64,000 nucleotides of DNA from a bacterium (GTDB taxonomy: Bacteria > Planctomycetota > JAFGQW01): NCBI GenBank assembly GCA_030426805.1, contig JAUHXU010000003.1:1027220-1091219 (forward strand), given 5' to 3'. Position numbers and translations under genes: made by a program. Below the pieces are notes generated by a model. The model was not told where the DNA came from and did no database searches. It worked only from the letters and a program-made list of their open reading frames with translations. Below, in pieces: positions 14,891-24,589 of this stretch (position 1 is the stretch's first letter; every line of letters begins with the position of its first letter).

Positions 14891-17869
14891 ATGGTCTCGC
14901 TGCCCACGGTAGATCTCGAGGTCGGCGCGACGGCGCACGGCTTCGAGGTGGTCGCGATCGATCCGGTGCCGGAGATCCGCTCGGTCGCGGTCCGGCTCGA
15001 ACACGCGGCGACCGGCGCGCGCGTGCTGCACCTCGTCAACGACGACGCGGAGAACCTGTTCTCCGTCGCGTTTCCGACCCCGCCGAGCGACGACACCGGC
15101 GTGCCGCACATCCTCGAGCACATGGTGCTCGCCGGGTCGAAGCGCTTCCCGGTGCGCGACCCGTTCTTCGAGATGTGCAAGTCGTCGATGGCGACGTTCA
15201 TCAACGCGATGACCGCGTGGGACTGCACCTACTACCCGGTGACGAGCAACGTGCGGCAGGACCTCGCGAACCTCGCCGAGGTCTACTTCGATGCGGTGTT
15301 CCATCCGCTGCTCACCGAGGACACGTTCAAGCGCGAGGGGCACCACCTCGCGCCGCGCGACCCGGCCGACCCGACCGGCGCACTGACCGTGACCGGCATC
15401 GTCTACAACGAGATGAAGGGCGCGTTCTCGGACCCCGAGTCGCGGCTCTACCGGATCGTCGGGCGGGCGCTCTTCCCGGACACGATCTACGCGCACGAGT
15501 CGGGCGGCGACCCGGAGTCGATCCCGGACCTGACCTACGCCGACCTCAAGCGCTTCCACGCGACGTGGTATCACCCGAGCAACGCCTACTTCGTGCTCTA
15601 CGGCGACGTGCCGACCGAGGAGCACCTTGCGTTTCTCGACGAGCGGCTCGCGGGCTTCTCGCGCCAGACGGTGACGCCCGGCATCGCGCCCCAGCCGCGC
15701 TGGACCGCGCCGCGTCGGATCGACGAGACGTATGCGATCGGGCGCGACGAGTCGGCGGCGGAGAAGACGTTCGTCGTGATGAACTGGCTCGTCGGCGATG
15801 CGACGGATCCGTTCGACACGATGGCGGACTACATCCTCGGGCAGCTGCTGCACGGGCACGAAGGGTCGCCGCTCAAGCGTGCGGTGATCGCGTCGGAGCT
15901 CGGGCAGGACATCTGCTTCGCCGGGTTCGGCGGCGTCGGGCTCGAGTCGAACTTCCTGTTCGGGATCAAGGGGAGCGAGCCGGACCGCGTGGATGCGTTC
16001 GAGGCGCTCGTCCTCGACACGATGCGCGAGCTGGCGTCGAAGCCGTTTCCGGCGGAGGACGTCGAGGCGGCGCTGCAGCAGGCGTCGTATCACCACCTCG
16101 AGATCTCGCAGCAGTATCCGCTCGGCTGCATGAACGCCGTGCTCGGCGCGTGGATCTACGGGCGCTCGGCGCTGACGTTCCTCGACAGCAGCGAGCAGCT
16201 CGACGCGGTGCGCGCCGCGTGGGAGCGCGACCCGATGTTCTTCGGCGAACGGCTGCGCGCGCGCGTGATCGACAATCCGCATCGCGTGACCGTCGTGATG
16301 GCGCCGGATGCCGCGTGGCAAGCGCGCCAGGACGTCGCGTTCGAGGAGCGCATGGCGAACGAGCGCACCGCGATCGACGATGCGGCGGCGGTCGCGATCG
16401 CCGAGGAGGCCGCGCGGTTGCAGGCGCTCGCGGGCACGCCGAACACGCCCGAGCAACTCGCGACGCTACCCCAGTTGGCGGTCGCCGACCTGCCGCCGGA
16501 GCCCGACTACGTGCACGCGCGCACGGTCGACCTCGGGCACGGGGCGACGCTGCTCCGCGGCGACGTGTTCACCAACGGCGTGAACTACCTGCGGCTGAGT
16601 TTCGACCTCGCGGGGATCGACGAAGCGCTCGTGCCGTGGATCACCTACTACGCCGAGGCGGTGCGCAAGATGGGCGCGGCCGGGCTCGGCTTCGAGGCGG
16701 TCGCGCGGCGCAAGGCGGAGTCCACCGGCGAGTTCGGGTGCGCGGCGTCGATCGGCGGGCACCTCGTGGACGCGGATGCGACGGTGATCGAACTCGTGCT
16801 GTCGATCAAGACGCTCGACCGCACCGTGGACCGCGCGCTAGGCGTGCTGCACGACGTGCTGTTCTCGGTGGATCCGCGCGACCGCGACCGGTTGCGCGAG
16901 ATCGTCGTGCAGAAGCTCGCGCGCTATCGGAGCGCGTTCGTCGACAACGGGAGCGCCACCGCGGCGATCCACGCGGGGCGGTTCCACGACGCGGCGGGGG
17001 CGCTCAGCCACGCGCTCTACGGGCTGCCGCAGCTCGAGCGGTGCGAGCGGATCCACGGCGGGTTCGACGCAGCGTTCGACGAGGTGGTCGAGCGGGTCGA
17101 GGCAGTGCGGTCGTTCGTGCTGACGAGCGGTCGGCTCGTCGCGAGCTTCAACGGGTCCGACGCGGCCGGCGCGACGGTGGAGCGGGCGCTGCGCGAATGG
17201 GCCGGTGCGATGGCGCACGCGCCGGTCCCTGCTTCGCGGCCGACGGCGCCGGCGATCGCGGTGCCGCCGCGCGACGGGCTCGCCGGGGCGATGCAGGTCG
17301 CCTACTGCGCGGCGTTGCTGCCCGCGCCGCACGCGGCGCACCCGGACGCGATGGCGTGTGCGGTCGGCGCGCACATGCTGAACATGGACTACCTGATCAA
17401 CGAGGTGCGCTTCAAGGGCAACGCCTACGGTGCGTGGTGTCGCTACAGCGGCACGGGGCAGAGCGTCGCGCTCGGGTCGTATCGCGATCCGCACGTCGCG
17501 CGGACGCTCGGCGTGTTCGACGGGCTCGAGGCGTTCGTGCGCGGGGCGCCGTGGACGCAGGACGACGTGGACCGCGCGATCATCGGGATCGCGAAGCGCT
17601 ACGTGATGCCGATCCGGCCGAACTACGCGACCGGCGCGGCGCTGCAGCAGTATCGGCTCGGGGACTCGCCCGAGCTGCGGGCGCGCTACTACGCGGCGTT
17701 GCGCGCGGTGCGGGTGGACGACGTGCGGCGCGCGTGGGTCGCGCTGCTCGAGGCGGGCCGTGACCGCACGGCGGTGTGCGTCGTGTCGAGTCGTGAGAAG
17801 CTCGAGGCGGCGAACGAGGCGCTCGGGGATCGCGCGCTCGCGGTCGTCGACATCCTGGAGAGCGCGTAG
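14891..17869 (+). CDS. M16C metallopeptidase (presequence-protease/PreP-like)
   Basis: HILEH zinc motif within VPHILEHMVLAGSKRFPVRDPFFEM...FINAMTAWDCTYYP. The size is 992 aa. GGAAGG lies upstream of the ATG. Confidence 0.9.
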   Translation: MVSLPTVDLEVGATAHGFEVVAIDPVPEIRSVAVRLEHAATGARVLHLVNDDAENLFSVAFPTPPSDDTGVPHILEHMVLAGSKRFPVRDPFFEMCKSSMATFINAMTAWDCTYYPVTSNVRQDLANLAEVYFDAVFHPLLTEDTFKREGHHLAPRDPADPTGALTVTGIVYNEMKGAFSDPESRLYRIVGRALFPDTIYAHESGGDPESIPDLTYADLKRFHATWYHPSNAYFVLYGDVPTEEHLAFLDERLAGFSRQTVTPGIAPQPRWTAPRRIDETYAIGRDESAAEKTFVVMNWLVGDATDPFDTMADYILGQLLHGHEGSPLKRAVIASELGQDICFAGFGGVGLESNFLFGIKGSEPDRVDAFEALVLDTMRELASKPFPAEDVEAALQQASYHHLEISQQYPLGCMNAVLGAWIYGRSALTFLDSSEQLDAVRAAWERDPMFFGERLRARVIDNPHRVTVVMAPDAAWQARQDVAFEERMANERTAIDDAAAVAIAEEAARLQALAGTPNTPEQLATLPQLAVADLPPEPDYVHARTVDLGHGATLLRGDVFTNGVNYLRLSFDLAGIDEALVPWITYYAEAVRKMGAAGLGFEAVARRKAESTGEFGCAASIGGHLVDADATVIELVLSIKTLDRTVDRALGVLHDVLFSVDPRDRDRLREIVVQKLARYRSAFVDNGSATAAIHAGRFHDAAGALSHALYGLPQLERCERIHGGFDAAFDEVVERVEAVRSFVLTSGRLVASFNGSDAAGATVERALREWAGAMAHAPVPASRPTAPAIAVPPRDGLAGAMQVAYCAALLPAPHAAHPDAMACAVGAHMLNMDYLINEVRFKGNAYGAWCRYSGTGQSVALGSYRDPHVARTLGVFDGLEAFVRGAPWTQDDVDRAIIGIAKRYVMPIRPNYATGAALQQYRLGDSPELRARYYAALRAVRVDDVRRAWVALLEAGRDRTAVCVVSSREKLEAANEALGDRALAVVDILESA

Positions 17870-17940
17870 GTTCACGATCGGTGAACTTCAGGGGCTGAGC
17901 ACGAGTGCTGCGGGCCCAGAGTTCATCGATTGTGAACTGT
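17868..17940. repeat. 73-bp REP-like unit (three hairpins), left copy flanking RAYT-like gene 2
   Basis: GTTCAC-GATCG-GTGAAC at 17870-17886. AGCAC-GA-GTGCT at 17898-17909. AGTTCA-N7-TGAACT at 17920-17938. It is a direct repeat of 18787-18859. Confidence 0.8.
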
Positions 17941-17965
17941 GCAACCCGTGCCCGACTATGAGGGC

Positions 17966-18817
17966 ATGGGATGTGTCGCGTATCACCTCGCCTTTCGAGC
18001 GCGCCCGGGGGTGGACATCACCGTGGGCGAGCCCGCGGCGCGACTCTGGGGCGCCTTGCGGCGAGCGTTTCCCGATGCGTTCGCAGCGGCGTTGATGCCC
18101 GATCACGGTCACATCGCGCTGCCCGTGGCTCCGCCGGAGCGTCTCGTCAAGCGACTTCGCGCCGTCCTCGCGCGCCACACGACGCGATGCGGCGCGCACC
18201 CGGGCGACTGGTGGCGGGGCGTGGGCGAGCCGAAGCCGATCGCCTCCCGCGACAAGCTCAGGCGGCAGATGCGCTACATCCACCTCAACCCGACGCGAGG
18301 CGACCTCAGCGAGGACGTGCCGGACTGGCTCTGGACGACGCATCGCGATGTGCTGGGGGCGGTCATCGACCCTTGGTTGGTGCCGGAGCGCTTGGCCCCC
18401 CGCGTCGGGTGGTGGATCGAAGGGTTCTCCGAGCGCTTTCACTGCTTCGTGTCGTCGGATTGGTCGGTGAGCCCGAGTGGCACGCCGTTCCCGACGCCGG
18501 CACCACCGCGCGAGACGCCGATCGTGTTCATCGACGATGTGCTCGCGGCGACGGCGGTTGCGGCTCGAACGACGGTGGATGCGGTGCGGCAGCGAACGGT
18601 GTTGCGTCACGCGTTCATCCGCGCCGCGCACCACCAGGGGTGGCGGCACGTGCGCACGTTGGCGAAGCAGGCGGGCGTGAGCCCGAGCATGGCGCACCGC
18701 GTCCTGCGGACGCCGCCCGATGAGCGCGCCGCACGAAACGTCGCCGCGGTGCTGCTCTGCCTCGGCGACGAGCGCTTGTGTGCTCGAAGTTCACGATCAG
18801 TGAACTCTGAGGCCTGA
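17966..18817 (+). CDS. HUH/Y1 (RAYT/IS200-like) family protein with DnaA-C-like HTH tail
   Basis: AYHLAFRARPG, LMPDHGHIAL (HUH position reads H-G-H), MRYIHLNPTRGDL, WTTHRDVLGAV. The C-terminal segment LRHAFIRAAHHQGWRHVRTLAKQAGVSPSMAHRVL is HTH-like. An alternative GTG start lies at 17939. Confidence 0.75.
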   Translation: MGCVAYHLAFRARPGVDITVGEPAARLWGALRRAFPDAFAAALMPDHGHIALPVAPPERLVKRLRAVLARHTTRCGAHPGDWWRGVGEPKPIASRDKLRRQMRYIHLNPTRGDLSEDVPDWLWTTHRDVLGAVIDPWLVPERLAPRVGWWIEGFSERFHCFVSSDWSVSPSGTPFPTPAPPRETPIVFIDDVLAATAVAARTTVDAVRQRTVLRHAFIRAAHHQGWRHVRTLAKQAGVSPSMAHRVLRTPPDERAARNVAAVLLCLGDERLCARSSRSVNSEA

Positions 18818-18859
18818 GCACTCGTGCTGAGGGCCCAAAGTTCATCGATTGTGAACTAC
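18787..18859. repeat. 73-bp REP-like unit, right copy
   Basis: GTTCAC-GATCA-GTGAAC at 18789-18805. AGCAC-TC-GTGCT at 18817-18828. AGTTCA-N7-TGAACT at 18839-18857. By eye there are about 11 mismatches over 71 nt versus the left copy, mostly in loops. It overlaps the stop codons of the RAYT-like gene and of acs. Confidence 0.8.
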
Positions 18860-20811
18860 GGCTTGTTGGCGATGAGCGCTTCCACGACGCTGGGGTCTGC
18901 CAGCGTGCTCACATCGCCGACGTCGTCGGTCTCGCCGGCGGCGATCTTGCGGAGGATGCGGCGCATGATCTTGCCGGAGCGCGTCTTGGGGACGCCGCAG
19001 TTGGCCCAGTGGATCACGTCGGGCGCGGCGATCGGGCCGATCTCCTTGCGCACGTGGGCGACGAGTTCGGCGCGCAGGTCGTCGGACGGCTCGAGGCCGG
19101 CGTTGAGCGTGACGTAGGCGTAGATCCCCGTGCCCTTGATCTCGTGCGGGAAGCCCACGACCGCCGCTTCCGCCACGGCCTTGTGCAGCACGAGCGCGCT
19201 CTCGACTTCGGCGGTGCCCATGCGGTGGCCGGAGACGTTCAGCACGTCGTCGACGCGGCCGGTGATCCAGTAGTAGCCGTCGGCGTCGCGCCGGCAGCCG
19301 TCGCCGGTGAAGTACTTGCCGGGGAAGCGCGCGAAGTAGGTCTCCTTGAAGCGCTCGTGGTGGCCGTAGACGGTGCGCATCATGCCGGGCCACGGCGTCG
19401 CGAGGCACAGGTTGCCGCGGGCTTCGCCTTCGAGGACGTTGCCGTCGTCGTCGACGAGGACGGGTTTGACGCCGAAGAACGGGAGCGTCGCGGAGCCGGG
19501 CTTGAGCGGCGTCGCACCCGGGAGCGGCGTGATCAGGATGCCGCCGGTCTCGGTCTGCCACCACGTGTCGACGATCGGGCAGCGACCGTCGCCGACGACT
19601 TCGTGATACCAGCGCCACGCCTCGGGGTTGATCGGCTCGCCGACGGTGCCGAGCAGGCGCAGCGACGAGCGCTTGCGCGACGTGACGAAGTCGTCGCCCT
19701 GCGCGGCGAGGGCGCGAATCGCGGTGGGCGCGGTGTAGAAGAGCGTGACGTCGTACTTGTCCACGACGTCCCAGAAGCGACCGGCGTCGGGGTAGGTCGG
19801 GATGCCCTCGAACATGATCGACGTCGCGCCGTTGGCGAGCGGGCCGTAGACGATGTAGCTGTGGCCGGTGACCCAACCGATGTCGGCGGTGCACCAGTAG
19901 ACGTCGTCGTCGTGGTGGTCGAACACGTATTTGAACGTGTGGGCGGCGTAGACCATGTAGCCGGCGGTCGTGTGCAGCACGCCCTTGGGTTTGCCGGTCG
20001 AGCCCGACGTGTAGAGGATGAACAGCGGGTCCTCGGCGTCCATCCACTCGGGCGCGCAGTCGGCGGACGCGTCGGCCATCGCGTCGTGCCACCAGACGTC
20101 GCGGTCGGGCGCGATCGTGCACTGCACGGCGCCGTCGGTGCGGTTGAGCACGTAGCAGCGCCGGATCGGGGCGCCGCGCGACTCGGACAGGCGCATCGCC
20201 TCGTCGGCGTTCTCCTTTAGCGGGACGGGCTTCTTGCCGCGGAACGTGCCGTCGGCGGTGACGAGCACGCTGCACGCGGAGTCGACGATGCGGTCGGCGA
20301 GCGAGTCCGCGCTGAAGCCGCCGAACACGATCGAGTGCACCGCGCCGATCCGGGCACACGCGAGCATCGCGATCGCGAGCTCCGGCACCATCGGCATGTA
20401 GATCGAGACGCGGTCGCCCTTCTGCACGCCGTCGGCCTTGAGGACGTTCGCGAACTTGCACACCTCGGCGTGCAGCTCGCGGTAGGTGAGCGCCGAGTCC
20501 TCGCCGGGCTCGTTGCCCTCCCAGCGGATCGCGATCTTGTCGCCGCGCGCGTCGAGGTGTCGGTCGAGCGTGTTGACAGTGATGTTCGTGCGCGCGCCGT
20601 CGAACCAGCGGATCGAGACGTCGCGGTCGAAGTCGTAGTCGCACACCGTGTCCCAGGCTTGCTCCCACACGAACTCGGTCGCCACTTCGGCCCAGTAGCT
20701 CTCGGGATCCTCGATCGAGCGTTCGTATTCGGCGCGGTAGTCGTCGAGGCTCGTCACCCGCGCGTGCTTCGCGAACTCGGCAGGCGGGTTGTAGATGCGG
20801 TCGTCGCTCAT
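18856..20811 (-). CDS. acs: Acetyl-CoA synthetase (acetate--CoA ligase)
   Basis: 651 aa with full-length Acs signatures: [72 protein letters not shown] lies upstream of the ATG. Confidence 0.97.
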   Translation of the reverse strand: MSDDRIYNPPAEFAKHARVTSLDDYRAEYERSIEDPESYWAEVATEFVWEQAWDTVCDYDFDRDVSIRWFDGARTNITVNTLDRHLDARGDKIAIRWEGNEPGEDSALTYRELHAEVCKFANVLKADGVQKGDRVSIYMPMVPELAIAMLACARIGAVHSIVFGGFSADSLADRIVDSACSVLVTADGTFRGKKPVPLKENADEAMRLSESRGAPIRRCYVLNRTDGAVQCTIAPDRDVWWHDAMADASADCAPEWMDAEDPLFILYTSGSTGKPKGVLHTTAGYMVYAAHTFKYVFDHHDDDVYWCTADIGWVTGHSYIVYGPLANGATSIMFEGIPTYPDAGRFWDVVDKYDVTLFYTAPTAIRALAAQGDDFVTSRKRSSLRLLGTVGEPINPEAWRWYHEVVGDGRCPIVDTWWQTETGGILITPLPGATPLKPGSATLPFFGVKPVLVDDDGNVLEGEARGNLCLATPWPGMMRTVYGHHERFKETYFARFPGKYFTGDGCRRDADGYYWITGRVDDVLNVSGHRMGTAEVESALVLHKAVAEAAVVGFPHEIKGTGIYAYVTLNAGLEPSDDLRAELVAHVRKEIGPIAAPDVIHWANCGVPKTRSGKIMRRILRKIAAGETDDVGDVSTLADPSVVEALIANKP

Positions 20812-20920
20812 CGTGGTCGTGCTCCTCCAGCGGTCGGTGCGGGCTCGATTATAGCGGCGGGGCGACCACTCTGGCAGCGGGGCACTGCATGACGCGATGC
20901 GCTCTGGGCCGAGTGAAGCG

Positions 20921-21445
20921 TTAGAACGGCGACGAGCGGGGCTTCGGCTTCTTCGGCGGTTCGACCGGTGTGCCTTTGATCGCGACGGTGAGCGTCGGAT
21001 GGGCGTCGTCGTTCGTGTGCAGTTCGAGCGTCGCGGCGATCGCGGGTGCGGCCCAGCCGGCTTTGAGCGCGACCGTCACGCGTTGCTGGCCGTCGCCGAG
21101 CGGTGCGATCGACGCGGTCGCGAGGTGCGACGGCGTGATCGTCGCGCGGGTGATCGTGAAGCCGTCGGTCGATGCGCGGACGTCGACGGCGCGCGAGACG
21201 ATGCGTCCGTGTGGCACGGTGCCGAAGTCGATCGCCGCGGGCGTGATCGTCGGGGCCGGTGTCGTCTCGGGGGCATCGTCCGTCGCGGGGGGCGTCGTCA
21301 CCGCCGGCGTGTCGGGCTTCGGTGCATCCGTCTTCGCGGCGGGCGGGGTGCCGCCGTTCGGGGCGGGCGGCGTCGGGTCGTCGCCACACGCGGTGAGGCA
21401 AAGCGAGAGCGCGGCGATCACCGCGGCGCACGAGCGCGTTCGCAT
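20921..21445 (-). CDS. Lipoprotein with Pro/Thr-rich linker and Ig-like beta-sandwich domain (DUF1573-like?)
   Basis: The ATG at 21445 gives [21 protein letters not shown] (lipobox). A PT-rich linker follows, then [18 protein letters not shown]. The 79 upstream codons in the track ORF were rejected. Confidence 0.65.
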   Translation of the reverse strand: MRTRSCAAVIAALSLCLTACGDDPTPPAPNGGTPPAAKTDAPKPDTPAVTTPPATDDAPETTPAPTITPAAIDFGTVPHGRIVSRAVDVRASTDGFTITRATITPSHLATASIAPLGDGQQRVTVALKAGWAAPAIAATLELHTNDDAHPTLTVAIKGTPVEPPKKPKPRSSPF

Positions 21446-21580
21446 GTCCGACTCCTGTTCCAAACGACCGGGCCGTCGAGTGTAGCACGGGCGTCGGTTG
21501 GCCGCGGGGGCGATCTGCGGTAGGCTGTGCGGCGTCGCGGAGTGGGACGGGGCCCGGGGCCGCAACGAGGAGCAGGGCGG

Positions 21581-22087
21581 ATGAGATCGTGGTTCGGCCG
21601 AAAGCGTGTCGAGGTCCCGCCGTCGCCGGTGGCGCCGAAGCGCCCGGAGCCGGTGCGCGAGGACATCGGGCCACCCGCCCATCCCGACGGCCGCTACCGC
21701 GTCGTGTTCCTGTGCTTCGCGAACGCGTGCCGCAGCCAGATGGCGGAGGCGTTCGCGCGGGAGCTGGGCAAGGACGTGCTGGTCGCGTCCAGCGCCGGCG
21801 TGGAGCCGCTCGGCTACGTGCCCGACGAGGTCGGCGACGCGATGGCCGAGGCGGGGCTCAGCGTCGAGGGCCAGGCGTCCAAGGCGCTGAGCGATCTCGA
21901 GGGCGAACAGATCGACCTGATCGTGGATCTCGCCGGCGTCGTCGAGCCGCGCCCCGGCGGCATCCCGGTGTGGCAGCGCCGCGTCGTCGACCCCTTCGGC
22001 CGCGGCAAGGCCGCGTTCCGGATGACGCGCGACGTCGTGCGCGTCGAGGTCGAGGGCGTCGTGCGCGCGCTCGCGGCGTCGCGTTAG
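21581..22087 (+). CDS. Low-molecular-weight phosphotyrosine phosphatase / ArsC-type family protein
   Basis: CX5R(S) P-loop in VVFLCFANACRSQMAEAF. A conserved Asp region is present in VVDPFG. There is an N-terminal extension of about 40 aa and the start is uncertain. Confidence 0.75.
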   Translation: MRSWFGRKRVEVPPSPVAPKRPEPVREDIGPPAHPDGRYRVVFLCFANACRSQMAEAFARELGKDVLVASSAGVEPLGYVPDEVGDAMAEAGLSVEGQASKALSDLEGEQIDLIVDLAGVVEPRPGGIPVWQRRVVDPFGRGKAAFRMTRDVVRVEVEGVVRALAASR

Positions 22088-22091
22088 GCGC

Positions 22092-22787
22092 TCACTTCAG
22101 CCAGCGTTGCCGACGCATCGCGCGGGTGCCGAACTCGCCGGCGTTCTGCTTGCGCGAGAACGCGGCGACGGCCATCGCGATCAGGAGCGCGTAGGTCGCG
22201 CCGAAGATCGTCCAGAAGACCGCGCGGGGCAGTGGGTGGTGGGAGGCCATTGCGCGGACGAAGCCGCCGGGCGTGTGCGAGTCGGGGTAGTGGATCCAGA
22301 TCTTCACGAACCAGCCGGCCGCGACGAGCAGGAAGATCCACGCGTAGTTGCGGCGGAAGCGACGGAGGATCGCGCGGGTGCGGCTGATCTTGAAGCTCGG
22401 CTGCAGCAGGTCTTCGGCCATCACGTGCTTCCAGTCGCCCTGCGGGATGGGCGTCTCGTGGAGCATCGTCGGCATGATGAAGTGCGCCTCGAGCATCCGG
22501 ACGCGGGCGCGGAAGGCGTCGTAGTAGCGGTAGCGGCGCGCCTCGATGTTCAGCAGCAGCAGGCAGAGCAGGTTCGCGAACAGAAACGTCAGGTGCGTGT
22601 TCGTCGGCGAGCCGAGCGCGAACGTGATCATCGCGGTCGTGCCGAGCACGGCCCAGTTCGTCGTCACGTCGAGCCGCTGCCGCCAGATCATGATCCGCCC
22701 CAGCTCGCCGCGATAGAAGTGCACCATCACCGCGTAGTAGTCCTTGGACTCGACGGGGGGCGGCGTTTGCGGGGCGGGGTCGGGCAT
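22092..22787 (-). CDS. DUF2270 family membrane protein
   Basis: YYAVMVHFYRGELGRIMIWRQRLDVTTNWAV and IEARRYRYYDAFRARVRMLE are characteristic of DUF2270. It has 4 predicted TM segments. Confidence 0.8.
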   Translation of the reverse strand: MPDPAPQTPPPVESKDYYAVMVHFYRGELGRIMIWRQRLDVTTNWAVLGTTAMITFALGSPTNTHLTFLFANLLCLLLLNIEARRYRYYDAFRARVRMLEAHFIMPTMLHETPIPQGDWKHVMAEDLLQPSFKISRTRAILRRFRRNYAWIFLLVAAGWFVKIWIHYPDSHTPGGFVRAMASHHPLPRAVFWTIFGATYALLIAMAVAAFSRKQNAGEFGTRAMRRQRWLK

Positions 22788-22845
22788 CGTCAGGAGGTAT
22801 AGAGGGTCGCCGGGAGAAAATCGCCGGCGGGGGCTCGACAGGCTC

Positions 22846-22874
22846 GTCTTACAAGTGTAAGACTACACCTGTAG
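22846..22874. promoter_or_regulatory. Two adjacent TACA-N2-TGTA dyads (BlaI/MecI-type operator candidates)
   Basis: GTCTTACA-AG-TGTAAGAC at 22846-22863 has perfect 8-bp arms. CTACA-CC-TGTAG follows at 22863-22874. Next come GGAG (22874-22877) and the blaI-like ATG at 22885. Confidence 0.65.
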
Positions 22875-22884
22875 GAGATGAGCG

Positions 22885-23271
22885 ATGACCGAGCCTCGAC
22901 ACAAACTGAGCAGCCTGCAGCTCGCCGTGATGCGGGCGGTATGGGACCGCGGCGAGGCCACCGCGCAGGAGGTCCACGCGGCGCTCGCCCCCGCACGGCG
23001 ACTCGCGCCGGCGACCGTCGCGACGATCCTGACCCGCCTCGAGAAGCGCGGCCTCCTCAGCCACCGGACCGAAGGCCGCCAATACGTGTTCCAGCCGGTC
23101 GCGTCGCGCGACGAGGTGCGGCAATCGATGGTGGGGCAACTGGTCGACGACCTGTTTCGCGGCGACCCGGCCGACCTCGTGCACCATCTGCTCGCCCGCG
23201 ATGAACTCGGTCCTGACGAGCGCGCGAAGCTGCGCGCGTTGCTCGATCGCACAGAGGAGGACGACGCGTGA
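22885..23271 (+). CDS. BlaI/MecI/CopY family transcriptional repressor
   Basis: Winged-helix segment LSSLQLAVMRAVWDRGEATAQEVHAAL...ATVATILTRLEKRGLLSHRTEGRQYVFQPV. A GTGA overlap links it to the downstream M56 gene. Confidence 0.9.
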   Translation: MTEPRHKLSSLQLAVMRAVWDRGEATAQEVHAALAPARRLAPATVATILTRLEKRGLLSHRTEGRQYVFQPVASRDEVRQSMVGQLVDDLFRGDPADLVHHLLARDELGPDERAKLRALLDRTEEDDA

Positions 23272-24497
23272 CCGCCCTCGGTGCGTGGGCGATCACCTAC
23301 GCGATGCACAGCACGCTGCTCGTCGGGGCGATCGTCGTGCTCGATCGCGCGTTCGGCGCACGGCTCGCGTTGGACGCGCGCGAACGGCTGCTGCGGGCGT
23401 CGCTCGTCGTCGCGTTGATCACGCCGTGCGTTCCGTGCGGGAGCGCGTGGGTGCCGGTCGGCGATGGTGCGGCGCTCGCGATGCACGGCCCGTCGCGCGT
23501 CGAAGCCGGCGGCGGCAGCGGCGCCGCGCCGGCGGTTGCTCCCGCGGACCCCGCGCCGGCGTGGCTCGCCGGCATCGGGATCGCCTGGCTCGTGGGCGCG
23601 GCGTTCGGGGTCGGTCGCCTCGCGTGGCGGCTGCGCGCGCTCCGCGTGCGACTCGGCAGTCGCGCGTTGGTCGCGGGCGGACGCGCGCACGACGCGCTCG
23701 CGCGGCTCTCCGCCGACACCGGCACCGCGCGCGGTGTGCGCCTCACGACCGCGGTCGACCTCGCGTCGCCGATCGTCCTTCGCGGCGGGGAGATCTGCGT
23801 GCCGCGCGATCTGCTCGACGTGCTGCCCGCGCCCGAACTCGAAGCGATGCTCGCCCACGAACTCGCGCACGTCGCGCGTCGTGATGCGTGGTGGCTCGTC
23901 GCCGCCCACGCGGTCGAGGCGGCGTTCTTCTTTCAGCCGCTGCATCGCGCCGCGCGGCGCGCGCTCTACTCGGTGCAGGAGCTCCGCGCCGACGACTGGG
24001 CCGTGCGTGCGACCGGCGAGCGACTCGCCCTCGCGCGGTGCCTCGGTCGGCTCGTGGACCGCGTCGTGCCGGGCGCCGCGCTCGTGCCGGCGATGGCGAT
24101 CGCGCGCGGCGGTGTGCTCGCTCGCGTGACCCGGCTCGTGCGTCCGGACGATGGGCGCGCGCTGCCGCGCGGGTGGGCGCCGAGTGTCGTCGCGGGGATC
24201 GCGATCGCGGTCGCGCTGCTCGCGCCGCGCGTGTCGGCGTCGGCGGGGGCGCCTGCGCCGCTGCGACCGGGCGAGGCGCGGCTCACGTTCGAGCACGACG
24301 GCGACGTCTTCGCGGTGCACTGGCGACCGGGCCGGCTCCGCTACACGCTCAACGGCGCCGCCGCCCCGCCGGATCGTGTCGTCGTCGATGGCGACACCGC
24401 GTGGCTCCGCGATCGCGACGGCGTCGACGTCGGCGTGGTTCGCGCCGGTGCGCACGGTGCGTCCGTCTCGTCCGTGCCGCCTCCTCGCCGCGAATGA
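23268..24497 (+). CDS. BlaR1/MecR1-like M56 family peptidase (membrane sensor-protease)
   Basis: HExxH in MLAHELAHVARRDAWW. N-terminal TM helices are present. It is coupled to the BlaI-like gene. Confidence 0.85.
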   Translation: MTALGAWAITYAMHSTLLVGAIVVLDRAFGARLALDARERLLRASLVVALITPCVPCGSAWVPVGDGAALAMHGPSRVEAGGGSGAAPAVAPADPAPAWLAGIGIAWLVGAAFGVGRLAWRLRALRVRLGSRALVAGGRAHDALARLSADTGTARGVRLTTAVDLASPIVLRGGEICVPRDLLDVLPAPELEAMLAHELAHVARRDAWWLVAAHAVEAAFFFQPLHRAARRALYSVQELRADDWAVRATGERLALARCLGRLVDRVVPGAALVPAMAIARGGVLARVTRLVRPDDGRALPRGWAPSVVAGIAIAVALLAPRVSASAGAPAPLRPGEARLTFEHDGDVFAVHWRPGRLRYTLNGAAAPPDRVVVDGDTAWLRDRDGVDVGVVRAGAHGASVSSVPPPRRE

Positions 24498-24589
24498 CCG
24501 CTGAGCGGCCAAAACGACGGGTTGAACAGTTCATCGCCGCTGAATGACCGCTCTCCGGTCATTCGCGCGGTGTCACGAAAGGAAGCATC

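Noticed and set aside
14783-17875. Minus-strand ORFs 14783-16456 and 16838-17875, and plus-strand ORF 15175-17763
   Set aside because: All overlap the M16C peptidase gene, which has HILEH and full-length family similarity. The alternatives are R/A/G/D-rich and show no motifs.
18842-20668. 608-aa minus-strand ORF and 403-aa plus-strand ORF overlapping acs
   Set aside because: The acs frame (18856-20811) carries all the Acs signature motifs. The other frames are compositional artefacts.
22863-24512. 549-aa minus-strand ORF
   Set aside because: It is antisense to the BlaI/BlaR1-like genes, which have winged-helix and HExxH motifs.
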